A stretch of DNA of 35,215 nucleotides, taken from NCBI GenBank assembly GCA_028286805.1, contig JAQBQW010000025.1, positions 1-35,215 of the forward strand, read 5' to 3'. Numbering within the stretch: position 1 is the first letter of the stretch; each line of letters begins with the position of its first letter. The notes below the pieces were generated by a model that did no database searches, was not told the DNA's origin, and was given only the letters and a program-made list of their open reading frames with translations. Below are positions 17,141 to 24,531 of this stretch, piece by piece. This stretch comes from Parcubacteria group bacterium. GTDB lineage: Bacteria; Patescibacteriota; Minisyncoccia; Phycocordibacterales; Zambryskibacteraceae. Made by a program: the position numbers and the translations under genes.

Positions 17141-17147
17141 GCAAATA

Positions 17148-17681
17148 TTATTTCTTGAAAGGAAAACCGAGATGTGTGAGGAACGTCTGCACTTCTTTCT
17201 TAGACTTTGCAGTCGTCACAACTGTAATTGCCATTCCGAAGACATCTTTCAACTCTTCATCAGCTGTTTCAGGGAAAATGGTGTGTTCTTTAATACCAAG
17301 AGTATAGTTACCCATCTCATCTGCCGCTTCGATAGAAATACCGCGGAAGTCTTTGGTACGAGGAAGTGAAATGTGTACCAACTTATCGAGGAAATCGTAC
17401 ATTCGCTGTCCGCGAAGGGTAACCTGGTATCCAACGAGATCCCCTTCTCTTGATTTAAAGTTAGCGATAGCGACCTTGGCGTTTCGAGGAGCAGCTTTCT
17501 GTCCAGTGATCTTGGCAAGTCTGTCTTCGATCAACTTAATCTTGTTCTTGTCTTTAACTGAACCGACTCCAACTGAAACAACCACCTTCTTGATTCGAGG
17601 AGACTGCATGACATTTGTATAGCCTTCAGTGGCTTTCATGGGTTCAAATGCTTTCTGTGTTTTTGTTTTGAGAGTGTCCAT
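17148..17681 (-). CDS. rplE: 50S ribosomal protein L5
   Basis: 177 aa, typical L5 sequence, following rplX. Confidence 0.95.
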   Translation of the reverse strand: MDTLKTKTQKAFEPMKATEGYTNVMQSPRIKKVVVSVGVGSVKDKNKIKLIEDRLAKITGQKAAPRNAKVAIANFKSREGDLVGYQVTLRGQRMYDFLDKLVHISLPRTKDFRGISIEAADEMGNYTLGIKEHTIFPETADEELKDVFGMAITVVTTAKSKKEVQTFLTHLGFPFKK

Positions 17682-17696
17682 AGTGGTATATAAATG

Positions 17697-18002
17697 CTAT
17701 TCGAAGCTTGCGCCTGATTTCTTTGAAATGCGAACCATCTTTTCTCCAACCATTTTCATTCCCACACGTGTAGGTTTCTTGGTTTTTGGATCAATGAGTG
17801 CAACATTCGAAACATCCATTGGGTGGGATTTTTCAACGATGCTCCCCTTCTTTCCCTGGGTTGGCTTGCGGTGGATTTTACGGATGTTCATGCCTTCAAC
17901 AATAACCTTCATTTCTTTTGGAAATGCGCGAAGAACTTTAGCTGTTTTGCCTTTGTCTTTTCCAGAGAGGATATATACTGTGTCGTTTTTCTTGATATTC
18001 AT
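17697..18002 (-). CDS. rplX: 50S ribosomal protein L24
   Basis: 101 aa (IKKNDTVYILSGKDKGKTAKVL...) with a KOW motif. Confidence 0.95.
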   Translation of the reverse strand: MNIKKNDTVYILSGKDKGKTAKVLRAFPKEMKVIVEGMNIRKIHRKPTQGKKGSIVEKSHPMDVSNVALIDPKTKKPTRVGMKMVGEKMVRISKKSGASFE

Positions 18003-18007
18003 ATAAT

Positions 18008-18379
18008 TTATACGACTTCAGGGGCCAATGAAATAATCTTCTGGAAACCTTTTTCACCGATTTCTCGAGGAATGGGACCGAAGACGCGTCCTGCCTGAGG
18101 TTCTTTCTTAGCTTTGTCCAAGATAACAACTGCATTTTCGTCGAATCGAACGTACGAGCCGTCTGCACGGTGGAAAGGAGCACGGGTTCGAACGACCACT
18201 GCATACAAGATGTCCTTCTTCTTAACCACTTTTCGAGGTTCTGCCTTCTGCACTGAGAGAACAACGATATCTCCAATGATGGCCCAGCGCTTCTTTGAAG
18301 CTCCGAGTACTTTGAAGACGCGTCCGATCTTTCCTCCGGAGTTGTCTGCTATTTGTACGATGGATTGTGGTTGGACCAT
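18008..18379 (-). CDS. rplN: 50S ribosomal protein L14
   Basis: 123 aa (MVQPQSIVQIADNSGGK...), typical L14. Confidence 0.96.
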   Translation of the reverse strand: MVQPQSIVQIADNSGGKIGRVFKVLGASKKRWAIIGDIVVLSVQKAEPRKVVKKKDILYAVVVRTRAPFHRADGSYVRFDENAVVILDKAKKEPQAGRVFGPIPREIGEKGFQKIISLAPEVV

Positions 18380-18392
18380 TGGAGTTGAATGA

Positions 18393-18632
18393 CTACACTA
18401 TCATAAAGTGCTTATCTTTTGAAATAGGGCGGGTTTCGATGATTTCAACCTTGTCCCCTATCTTCTTTGTATTGCCTGCATCGTGCGCCTTGAATTTCTT
18501 CTTGTGCTTGATGAACTTGCCGTATTTAGGGTGCTTTTCGTATCGTTCGACGAGTACGACAACTGTATCCTTCATCTTGTCTGAGACGACGGTTCCCTGG
18601 AATACTTTCTTTTTGTGATTAATTTCGGTCAT
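18393..18632 (-). CDS. rpsQ: 30S ribosomal protein S17
   Basis: 79 aa ([32 protein letters not shown]...), typical S17. Confidence 0.95.
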   Translation of the reverse strand: MTEINHKKKVFQGTVVSDKMKDTVVVLVERYEKHPKYGKFIKHKKKFKAHDAGNTKKIGDKVEIIETRPISKDKHFMIV

Positions 18633-18637
18633 GGTAT

Positions 18638-18817
18638 TTATTTATGTTTGGTGAGCTCTGTCATGATGCGGGCAATGTCTTTCTTCATGATTGAAGTAGA
18701 CTTGGTATTTTTTGAAGCCTTGCCTCCAAAACGAGATTCACGAAGAGTAATTCTCTTTTCAACAAGAGCTTTCTTCAAATCTGCAACCGGCGTATTTGTA
18801 TAGGAAGTTTTTTTCAT
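18638..18817 (-). CDS. rpmC: 50S ribosomal protein L29 (missing from the ORF track, 59 aa)
   Basis: Hand translation gives [59 protein letters not shown]. It fills the gap between rplP and rpsQ exactly, with 5-nt spacers on both sides. Confidence 0.88.
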   Translation of the reverse strand: MKKTSYTNTPVADLKKALVEKRITLRESRFGGKASKNTKSTSIMKKDIARIMTELTKHK

Positions 18818-18822
18818 AATGA

Positions 18823-19242
18823 TTACATTCTAGCGACGATCTTGGTTTTCACCGGAAGTTTGGTACCGGCTTTTCGAAGGGCTTCCTTTGCGACAGCTTC
18901 AGGAACTCCGTCTACTTCAAAAAGAATTCTTCCAGCACGAACTGCGGCAACGTATCCTTCGAGATCTCCCTTACCCTTTCCAAGCTTCACTTCCGCAGGC
19001 TTTTTGGTGAATGGCATGTCTGGGAAAATACGAATCCACAAACGTCCAGATTTTCCGATTGATCTCGAAAGCACCTTTCGGGCAGCTTCAATTTGGTTTG
19101 ATCTTATTCTCTGAGGAGCCATAGCTTTCAATCCGAAAGAACCGAACGCAACTGTTATTCCTCGGGTATCAGCACCAACCTTCAGAGGATTTTTCCTCAT
19201 CGTGTGCCATTTTCGGAATTTAACTTTTTTAGGGAATAACAT
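18823..19242 (-). CDS. rplP: 50S ribosomal protein L16
   Basis: 139 aa (MLFPKKVKFRKWH...), typical L16. Confidence 0.96.
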   Translation of the reverse strand: MLFPKKVKFRKWHTMRKNPLKVGADTRGITVAFGSFGLKAMAPQRIRSNQIEAARKVLSRSIGKSGRLWIRIFPDMPFTKKPAEVKLGKGKGDLEGYVAAVRAGRILFEVDGVPEAVAKEALRKAGTKLPVKTKIVARM

Positions 19243-19252
19243 ACGCGTTTAA

Positions 19253-19933
19253 TTATTGTTTCTGGATCTGAGCATCCTTTTCAAAGATATCTCCTCGATA
19301 TACCCACACCTTCACTCCAATAGATCCATATGGCATGTTTGCCTTGGTGGAGCAGTAATCTACATCGGCACGGAAAGTCTGCAAAGGAATTCGTCCAAGC
19401 TTTCGATCTTCGGTTCGGGACATGGTAGCTCCTCCAAGGCGTCCTGCCAAGAAGACGCGAACTCCGAGAACGTCTCGGTTTGCCATAACTTTTTCCATAG
19501 TGGATTTGGCAACGCGGCGGAAAGGCATGCGTTTTTCGAGTCCTTCAACAACCATCTGGGCAACAATCGCCGCATTTGATTCAGGAGATTTGATTTCCTT
19601 AATATCCAATTTCAATTCAACCTTTGGATTCAAAAGTTTGTGTTTTTCGAGGAGTTTCTTGAGTTCAAGACGGAGTTTTTCTGAACCATCTCCTTGGCGA
19701 CCGATGATCATACCTGGGCGGGAGCTAGACATAATAACGCGAACGGCCTTTTCGCTTCGTTCGATTTCAATATCTGCTACGTAAAAACCTTTCATCTTTT
19801 TTTCAAGGTATTTTCGGATCAAGATGTCTCCACGGAGGTTTTCCTGGTACTTGCCCTTAGGAGAAAACCATCGAGATTTCCAATCTCTGAGGATGCCGAG
19901 GCGGTGTGAATATGGATGAACTGTATGTGTCAT
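19253..19933 (-). CDS. rpsC: 30S ribosomal protein S3
   Basis: 226 aa (HPYSHRLGILRDWKSRWF...) with KH and S3-C regions. Confidence 0.96.
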   Translation of the reverse strand: MTHTVHPYSHRLGILRDWKSRWFSPKGKYQENLRGDILIRKYLEKKMKGFYVADIEIERSEKAVRVIMSSSRPGMIIGRQGDGSEKLRLELKKLLEKHKLLNPKVELKLDIKEIKSPESNAAIVAQMVVEGLEKRMPFRRVAKSTMEKVMANRDVLGVRVFLAGRLGGATMSRTEDRKLGRIPLQTFRADVDYCSTKANMPYGSIGVKVWVYRGDIFEKDAQIQKQ

Positions 19934-19938
19934 ATAAA

Positions 19939-20304
19939 TTATTTGGTCTTCTTAGACTTCTTTACCTTAGGAATGACTTCCGCAAGCACAATGTTAACGT
20001 GTGAAGTTCTCTTTCGCATAACGAATGCTCGTCCTCGGGACATTGGAAGGCGGCGGTAAAGGATTTTACCTCCATCAACTGCAATCTCCTTTACAACGAG
20101 GTTTTCCAAAGGGATTGAAAGGTTCTTTGCGTTTGCCACTGCTGATTCAAGAAGCTTCTTTAAAGGTTCCGAAGATCGTTTGGCAACAAAAGAAAGGGTG
20201 ATGATGGCATCTTCCACCTTCTTTCCGCGCACCATATCGGCCACAATACGGACCTTGCGGGGAGACTGTCTATAATTTGAAAGTGTTGCTTTAGCTTCGG
20301 CCAT
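19939..20304 (-). CDS. rplV: 50S ribosomal protein L22
   Basis: 121 aa (AKATLSNYRQSPRKVRIVADMVRGKKV...), typical L22. Confidence 0.95.
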   Translation of the reverse strand: MAEAKATLSNYRQSPRKVRIVADMVRGKKVEDAIITLSFVAKRSSEPLKKLLESAVANAKNLSIPLENLVVKEIAVDGGKILYRRLPMSRGRAFVMRKRTSHVNIVLAEVIPKVKKSKKTK

Positions 20305-20309
20305 ATAAA

Positions 20310-20648
20310 TTATTTTTTAGCGTCTGAGCCTTTTGCGGCCTTAGCAGCTGAGAGTTCGGCTTCCTTCTTCTTCATTTCGAGGTCTTTCTGCATCTTACCT
20401 CCGTGTTTGATGAACTTCCTGGTAAGGGAGAATTCACCCAATCGGTGTCCGATCATGTCTTCGGTAATGAATACCTCGACATGGTCCTTACCATTGTGCA
20501 CGCCGAAGGTAAAACCGATCATCTCGGGAGCAATCTGCGAAGCCCGGGCCCAAGTCTTAATAACGCCGGTGGTTCCGGGTTTCTTTCCTTCGATTTTCTT
20601 CATTACTCGAGGGTCGACGTATGGGCCTTTTTTGGCTGAGCGTGTCAT
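20310..20648 (-). CDS. rpsS: 30S ribosomal protein S19 (with Lys/Ala-rich C-terminal tail)
   Basis: ATG 20648 ([19 protein letters not shown]...) is the conserved S19 N-terminus. The extra 41 codons in track ORF 20310..20771 cover the promoter and an upstream terminator. Confidence 0.93.
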   Translation of the reverse strand: MTRSAKKGPYVDPRVMKKIEGKKPGTTGVIKTWARASQIAPEMIGFTFGVHNGKDHVEVFITEDMIGHRLGEFSLTRKFIKHGGKMQKDLEMKKKEAELSAAKAAKGSDAKK

Positions 20649-20684
20649 ATAAGAAAAGTAAAAGCTCCGAGAGAGCTTCGAGAT

Positions 20685-20713
20685 ATAGTATAGAAATGAG
20701 GGAGGAATGTCAA
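20685..20713 (-). promoter_or_regulatory. sigma70-type promoter re-starting the S10/spc operon at rpsS
   Basis: Minus-strand TTGACA (20713..20708), 17 nt, TACTAT (20690..20685). The 36-nt leader has an AAGCTC/GAGCTT hairpin. Confidence 0.55.
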
Positions 20714-20730
20714 ACTTACTTTTTGTACAA

Positions 20731-20768
20731 ACGAAAACCCCACGAAAACCGATGAGGTAATCGTGGGG
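20731..20768 (-). terminator. intrinsic terminator of island gene C
   Basis: Minus-strand CCCCACGA (20768..20761) / TCGTGGGG (20745..20738) stem with a 15-nt loop, then TTTTCGTTTG. Confidence 0.55.
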
Positions 20769-20792
20769 CAATGCCCCGGTGGAGCCTGCCGC

Positions 20793-21548
20793 CTAGGCGG
20801 ACTTGCGCTTCTTCCCCTGCTTCTTCTCCACAACCTGACGCCTGGCTGCGCTACTGGCACGGATCTGCGTCCGGGTGCCACGACGCTTACGCCGATGAAC
20901 AGGAGCAGTGTCCAGCGAAACCTTGTTGGCCTGGGCGGGTGGCTGGTAGCCAACCCGAGAAACCAACTCACAGTTCGCTTCGCCGACCTTGTTGTCCAGA
21001 TCATAGGAATATTCCCCCACGAGACGGACAATCCAGGTCTGTCCGACTTCCGGCTGCGGTCCGGCCTTTGTGGGTCGGAGCGTTGCGAGAATCCCGAGGA
21101 TGTTCACGTAGGCGATCACTTCGACGCCCGAACGGACAAACGTAACCGACACCTTGAAGGGCTTCTCGTCCTTGAAACGTCCCTTCGAAATCATCGGGGT
21201 CACGGGCTTTGTCGCGACGACCTTGCTCGGCTTCTTGATCCGCGGCTCCTCCTTCTTCGCTGGCGGAGCCGCGAGAATCGGAACTGGAGCCTTGATCGAG
21301 GCGGGCTTGGGTGCGGGCTTCTTGATCGGGGTCAACTCGTGCACGTCGACAGTGATGAGCTGGAAGTTCGGCGTGTTGACGATCCTGAGCCGCTCGATTC
21401 CGCGACACCGTTGTCCCTCCACAGGCTGGAGCGTCGTGTAGTCATCCAGGATGAACACGAAATCCACTCCATCCTTCTGCTCTTCCATCTTGAGCTGGGG
21501 ACCACCCTTTGAAAGGTTGGTCTTCATCTGGAAAACGAAGTCGCGCAT
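20793..21548 (-). CDS. orphan protein C of the GC-rich island (two small domains, Pro/Ala/Lys linker, Arg/Lys tail)
   Basis: 251 aa from ATG 21548 (MRDFVFQMKTNLSKGG...), with AAGGTG 5 nt upstream. The track start at 21584 is a TTG. The linker is PIKKPAPKPASIKAPVPILAAPPAKKEEPRIKKP and the tail is HRRKRRGTRTQIR...KKQGKKRKSA. No recognisable family. Confidence 0.6.
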   Translation of the reverse strand: MRDFVFQMKTNLSKGGPQLKMEEQKDGVDFVFILDDYTTLQPVEGQRCRGIERLRIVNTPNFQLITVDVHELTPIKKPAPKPASIKAPVPILAAPPAKKEEPRIKKPSKVVATKPVTPMISKGRFKDEKPFKVSVTFVRSGVEVIAYVNILGILATLRPTKAGPQPEVGQTWIVRLVGEYSYDLDNKVGEANCELVSRVGYQPPAQANKVSLDTAPVHRRKRRGTRTQIRASSAARRQVVEKKQGKKRKSA

Positions 21549-21617
21549 GTCGGCACCTTGCCCTATTGGGCGGTTATGCTGCAAGAAAACAAGAACTGCA
21601 AACGTGGTACTGGGTTA

Positions 21618-21646
21618 ATACTATCACATAATTAAACTATTGTCAA
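21618..21646 (-). promoter_or_regulatory. sigma70-type promoter of island gene C
   Basis: Minus-strand TTGACA (21646..21641), 17 nt, TGaTAGTAT (-10 at 21623..21618). Confidence 0.55.
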
Positions 21647-21652
21647 TATATG

Positions 21653-21680
21653 AAAAAGGCCGGGGTCAAGGACTCCAGCC
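21653..21680 (-). terminator. intrinsic terminator of island gene B
   Basis: Minus-strand GGCTGGAGTC-ctt-GACCCCGGCC hairpin (21680..21658) then TTTTTC. Confidence 0.5.
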
Positions 21681-21690
21681 GTCAAATTCA

Positions 21691-22194
21691 CTAACTAATG
21701 ACGCTGATCCCGCCATGATAGAGGGTCAGAATCTGAATTTCACTCCTGTGCACATTCAAACGATGCCGAGGATTCGAGAAGCGAATCACCGCATGAGGCG
21801 GACGCCTCCTCGTTCCAGCAAAGTGGTACTCCTCCACGCTATAAATGCGATCCCCTGGCGTTGGATGGTCTGGGTCGGACAACCTATCCCCGAGCACTTC
21901 CTTGATATGGTCGTCAACGAAGTGCCCCGATGCATCCCGATCAAAAATGATGATGGGTTCATCGGCGTGGGAAAATCCGCACTTTCGCTTGAGCAGGCTT
22001 GTGATGGCATACCCATCGAGCACGAGCTCCCGCATGAAGTAACCAATATCCACGCTTGGAAGCTTTGTCACAGCCACGGGATCGGACAGGGCGCTTTTCC
22101 GCAGCCAGTTATTGCAACCGGAACTGCAAGAAAATGTCCAGTAGATTCTTGGATGACTGATGAGAGTTTTGTCTCGGACTTCGTGCGAATACAT
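21691..22194 (-). CDS. orphan protein B of the GC-rich island
   Basis: 167 aa (MYSHEVRDKTLISHPRIYWTFSCSSGCNNWLRK...IIIFDRDASGHFVDDHIKEVL...). GAGGAC sits 6 nt upstream of the ATG, and the ORF is bracketed by its own promoter and terminator. A longer in-phase antisense ORF, 21640..22278(+), also exists (see findings). Confidence 0.5.
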   Translation of the reverse strand: MYSHEVRDKTLISHPRIYWTFSCSSGCNNWLRKSALSDPVAVTKLPSVDIGYFMRELVLDGYAITSLLKRKCGFSHADEPIIIFDRDASGHFVDDHIKEVLGDRLSDPDHPTPGDRIYSVEEYHFAGTRRRPPHAVIRFSNPRHRLNVHRSEIQILTLYHGGISVIS

Positions 22195-22242
22195 GAATCG
22201 GTCCTCAAATCGGGTGATACTCAGCTGAGTGAGTCTGATAAA

Positions 22243-22271
22243 ATAGTAGCAGGTAAATTGAAGAGTGTCAA
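22243..22271 (-). promoter_or_regulatory. sigma70-type promoter of island gene B
   Basis: Minus-strand TTGACA (22271..22266), 17 nt, TGcTACTAT (-10 at 22248..22243). The leader contains the perfect palindrome ACTCAGCTGAGT (22219-22230). Confidence 0.55.
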
Positions 22272-22290
22272 TTTTTGATTTTTACGATAC

Positions 22291-22318
22291 AAAAAAAGAC
22301 CGAGAACATTTCTCGGTC
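22291..22318 (-). terminator. intrinsic terminator of island gene A
   Basis: Minus-strand GACCGAGA-aatgt-TCTCGGTC followed by TTTTTTT. Confidence 0.65.
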
Positions 22319-22345
22319 TGGACCCAGTACAGTCCCTGGCTGTAC

Positions 22346-22897
22346 TTAACGAGCTACCGCCTTGTGACGCCGACGCTCCTGAATCCACTGAGGCACTAGT
22401 GCCATCATGTGGTCTGGGAGATTGTCGAATGCCACTCGGACCATTCCCACACTGCGGATGTCGCAGTTGTGGAGCGGGTCCGACACCTCCTTGTCTTCCC
22501 CTTCCTTGACGAGCGTATTCAGGACGAACCTGCCGCCGTTCAGGTCGAGACTTGGAGTTGCAATCGAGGGCTCGACTGGTCGGTAGCACCAAATGAAGAT
22601 GTGCCGCGGCACGCCTTGATTCAGTTCGCTGGTGGCTGGGACTGCGTCGTTGAGACTGATCTCGACGCACCAGGCCTTGCCGCCCGCCTTCTTCTCCTTG
22701 GCCTTCTCGGGATCGCCGACGAAGGGATCGAGGAGTTCCTTGCGCTGTTCGAGAGCGACTTCCAGCTTGTCATACTCGTAGATGAGCATGATCTGGCGGT
22801 CCTTGCGATGCGCGCGGTTGAGGCGGAAGCCGTAGTTACCAAGCATGCTCTCGAGGTCGATCATGTCGACGGGGTGGTTCAGGCGAACGAGACGCAC
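22346..22897 (-). CDS. orphan protein A of the GC-rich island
   Basis: 183 aa from GTG 22897 (VRLVRLNHPVDMIDLESML...), with AGGAGA (22909..22904) 6 nt upstream. The track start at 22975 is the TTG of the -35 hexamer itself. No recognisable family. Confidence 0.6.
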   Translation of the reverse strand: MRLVRLNHPVDMIDLESMLGNYGFRLNRAHRKDRQIMLIYEYDKLEVALEQRKELLDPFVGDPEKAKEKKAGGKAWCVEISLNDAVPATSELNQGVPRHIFIWCYRPVEPSIATPSLDLNGGRFVLNTLVKEGEDKEVSDPLHNCDIRSVGMVRVAFDNLPDHMMALVPQWIQERRRHKAVAR

Positions 22898-22946
22898 GGT
22901 ATTTCTCCTATCTAGGGATGACTGGGAACGATCTGCTTCTGGGGTA

Positions 22947-22975
22947 ATACTAGCACGATGATAGGTAAATGTCAA
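22947..22975 (-). promoter_or_regulatory. sigma70-type promoter of island gene A
   Basis: Minus-strand TTGACA (22975..22970), 17 nt, TGcTAGTAT (-10 at 22952..22947). Confidence 0.6.
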
Positions 22976-22997
22976 GTAACGAACCTGACTGTACTAG

Positions 22998-24512
22998 CTA
23001 TGAAATTGGTGACCACAATTGTTCAGAAAGACCCAATTCGAGAACCTTACGGAATTCAAAACGGGGAATATTAGAGGTAGGGACATCCTGGGGGTTGGGT
23101 CCCCCATTCAAGAGCGAGTTGGTTGCCGTGTCGTAATACCATTCAGGGAATTGTGGCAATGTGCCATGAGCTGCTAATGCAATAGGATCTTCATCAAGGG
23201 AAATATTTTTAGCTTCAGCTTCTTGAAGCCTGATAAGTACAATGAGCGAACGTAGGTCTGGACGTTTTTTCCCCGTGAGAATATTTATATGGCCAGTGGT
23301 TAAGCGAATAGCAACAACATCAAAATTACCTCCTAGATTTGAACGCAAGAACCCGGCAATACTTGGATTATCGGACTCGATAATCATACATTTAAGTTTT
23401 ACTCCTCTTTGGTATACGAAAAATTCTTCGGCCTTGCCGCTTTGTCGTTTTTCTTGAACTTCTTGAGGCATTTCAAAAGTACGTTTTTCTTCCTCAATAC
23501 ACACAGCCTCGAAAATGGGCAGTACAAGATCGATAATTTTCTGCTGGTCCTTCGGATATGTTTTGTTTAGAGTTCCAATAAGACCGGAGATACCGAAAGC
23601 TCTATCAAGAGAATCCAGGGAAATAGTTCCTTTTCCATAGAAGTCACATCTCTCAGCGAGTTGGATAAGCTTATGCAACGCAGGATTACTTCGCACGCCT
23701 AAATACTCCGCAATTAAACCAGATGCTGTAGTCTGCAAAGATCGAGTATGGTGATCGAACGCTCCCTTTCCAATATCAATCAATATGATCCCCTTTTTTG
23801 CTAATGTTTCCTCACTCTCTCCTTCGGGCAACCGGGGAAGCAACATATAATCAGCATCTTTAATACCTGGAAAAAACTTCTCGCCGAAGCGCTTGAGGAT
23901 CATAATGGCAATTATGGTGTCAGTCTGTGGTCTCGTCGGTAATGCAATACTTTTAACAGATCTCGGTTCGCTCGATGGAAAAATAATTGCGTACAATGAA
24001 TTTCTCAAATCTTCATCCGAGTTAACACCGATTCCACTGAGTGCAGACTCCTTGTCAGTACTCTTTCCAAATAAGGTAACATGTGCAGGTGGTACTTCGA
24101 GATTAATTTGGGCATACTCCTGCAATCTGGTTACGAAATCTTTAATTTCCGGAACATCTACCATTTGAATAATGGTTTCTCTTTTTTCTTTTCCGGTTTT
24201 CGAAGAATAATTTTTGAGAAGATGATAGAACTCATCCTTTGCTTCAATATTCCAATTAATACTTTCTGCTATTGATTTTACTTGGTGTAGAGCTTCCTCT
24301 TTTGGAATTCCTTTGGATTCGAAATGGGTCGATAATTTAGCTCCGACAGAATAACCTATGAGAGTAATGTGAAGTTCTTCCTTTTTTAAAAAATGGCTCT
24401 TTTGAGCATATGTAACAACATATTCTGGAATCTGCAACGATTCTGCAGATAAAGAGAGGAGAATGGAAAATTTACTCTCGTTGATTATGATTCGTTCGAA
24501 TTTCAGGTTCAT
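22998..24512 (-). CDS. two-domain protein: N-terminal 2H phosphoesterase-like domain fused to a DHH-motif (MYG1/UPF0160-like) domain
   Basis: 504 aa. Two H-x-T motifs in the usual context and spacing, LHITLIGY (H48) and AHVTLFGK (H144), mark the 2H (LigT/cyclic phosphodiesterase) superfamily. Downstream, ILIDIGKGAFDHHT resembles the metal site of MYG1/DHH-type hydrolases. G+C is host-like. Confidence 0.6.
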   Translation of the reverse strand: MNLKFERIIINESKFSILLSLSAESLQIPEYVVTYAQKSHFLKKEELHITLIGYSVGAKLSTHFESKGIPKEEALHQVKSIAESINWNIEAKDEFYHLLKNYSSKTGKEKRETIIQMVDVPEIKDFVTRLQEYAQINLEVPPAHVTLFGKSTDKESALSGIGVNSDEDLRNSLYAIIFPSSEPRSVKSIALPTRPQTDTIIAIMILKRFGEKFFPGIKDADYMLLPRLPEGESEETLAKKGIILIDIGKGAFDHHTRSLQTTASGLIAEYLGVRSNPALHKLIQLAERCDFYGKGTISLDSLDRAFGISGLIGTLNKTYPKDQQKIIDLVLPIFEAVCIEEEKRTFEMPQEVQEKRQSGKAEEFFVYQRGVKLKCMIIESDNPSIAGFLRSNLGGNFDVVAIRLTTGHINILTGKKRPDLRSLIVLIRLQEAEAKNISLDEDPIALAAHGTLPQFPEWYYDTATNSLLNGGPNPQDVPTSNIPRFEFRKVLELGLSEQLWSPIS

Positions 24513-24531
24513 TATTGTTCAGTATACAACA

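Noticed and set aside
20649-20771. N-terminal 41 codons of track ORF 20310..20771 (rpsS)
   Set aside because: This part covers the rpsS promoter and the terminator of island gene C. The conserved S19 N-terminus starts at ATG 20648.
20645-21512. Long alternative-frame ORFs in the island (20763..21512+, 20771..21145+, 21001..21408-, 20645..21031-)
   Set aside because: Their translations are Arg/Gly/Pro/Leu-rich, as expected from stop-poor GC-rich DNA. They run across the promoters and terminators that bracket the chosen minus-strand frame.
22221-22915. ORFs 22221..22670(-), 22409..22915(+) and 22621..22842(-) overlapping island gene A
   Set aside because: Their composition is skewed (Arg/Ser/Pro or Val/Asp/Ala-rich). 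They lack promoter and SD context and cross the gene A terminator or start region.
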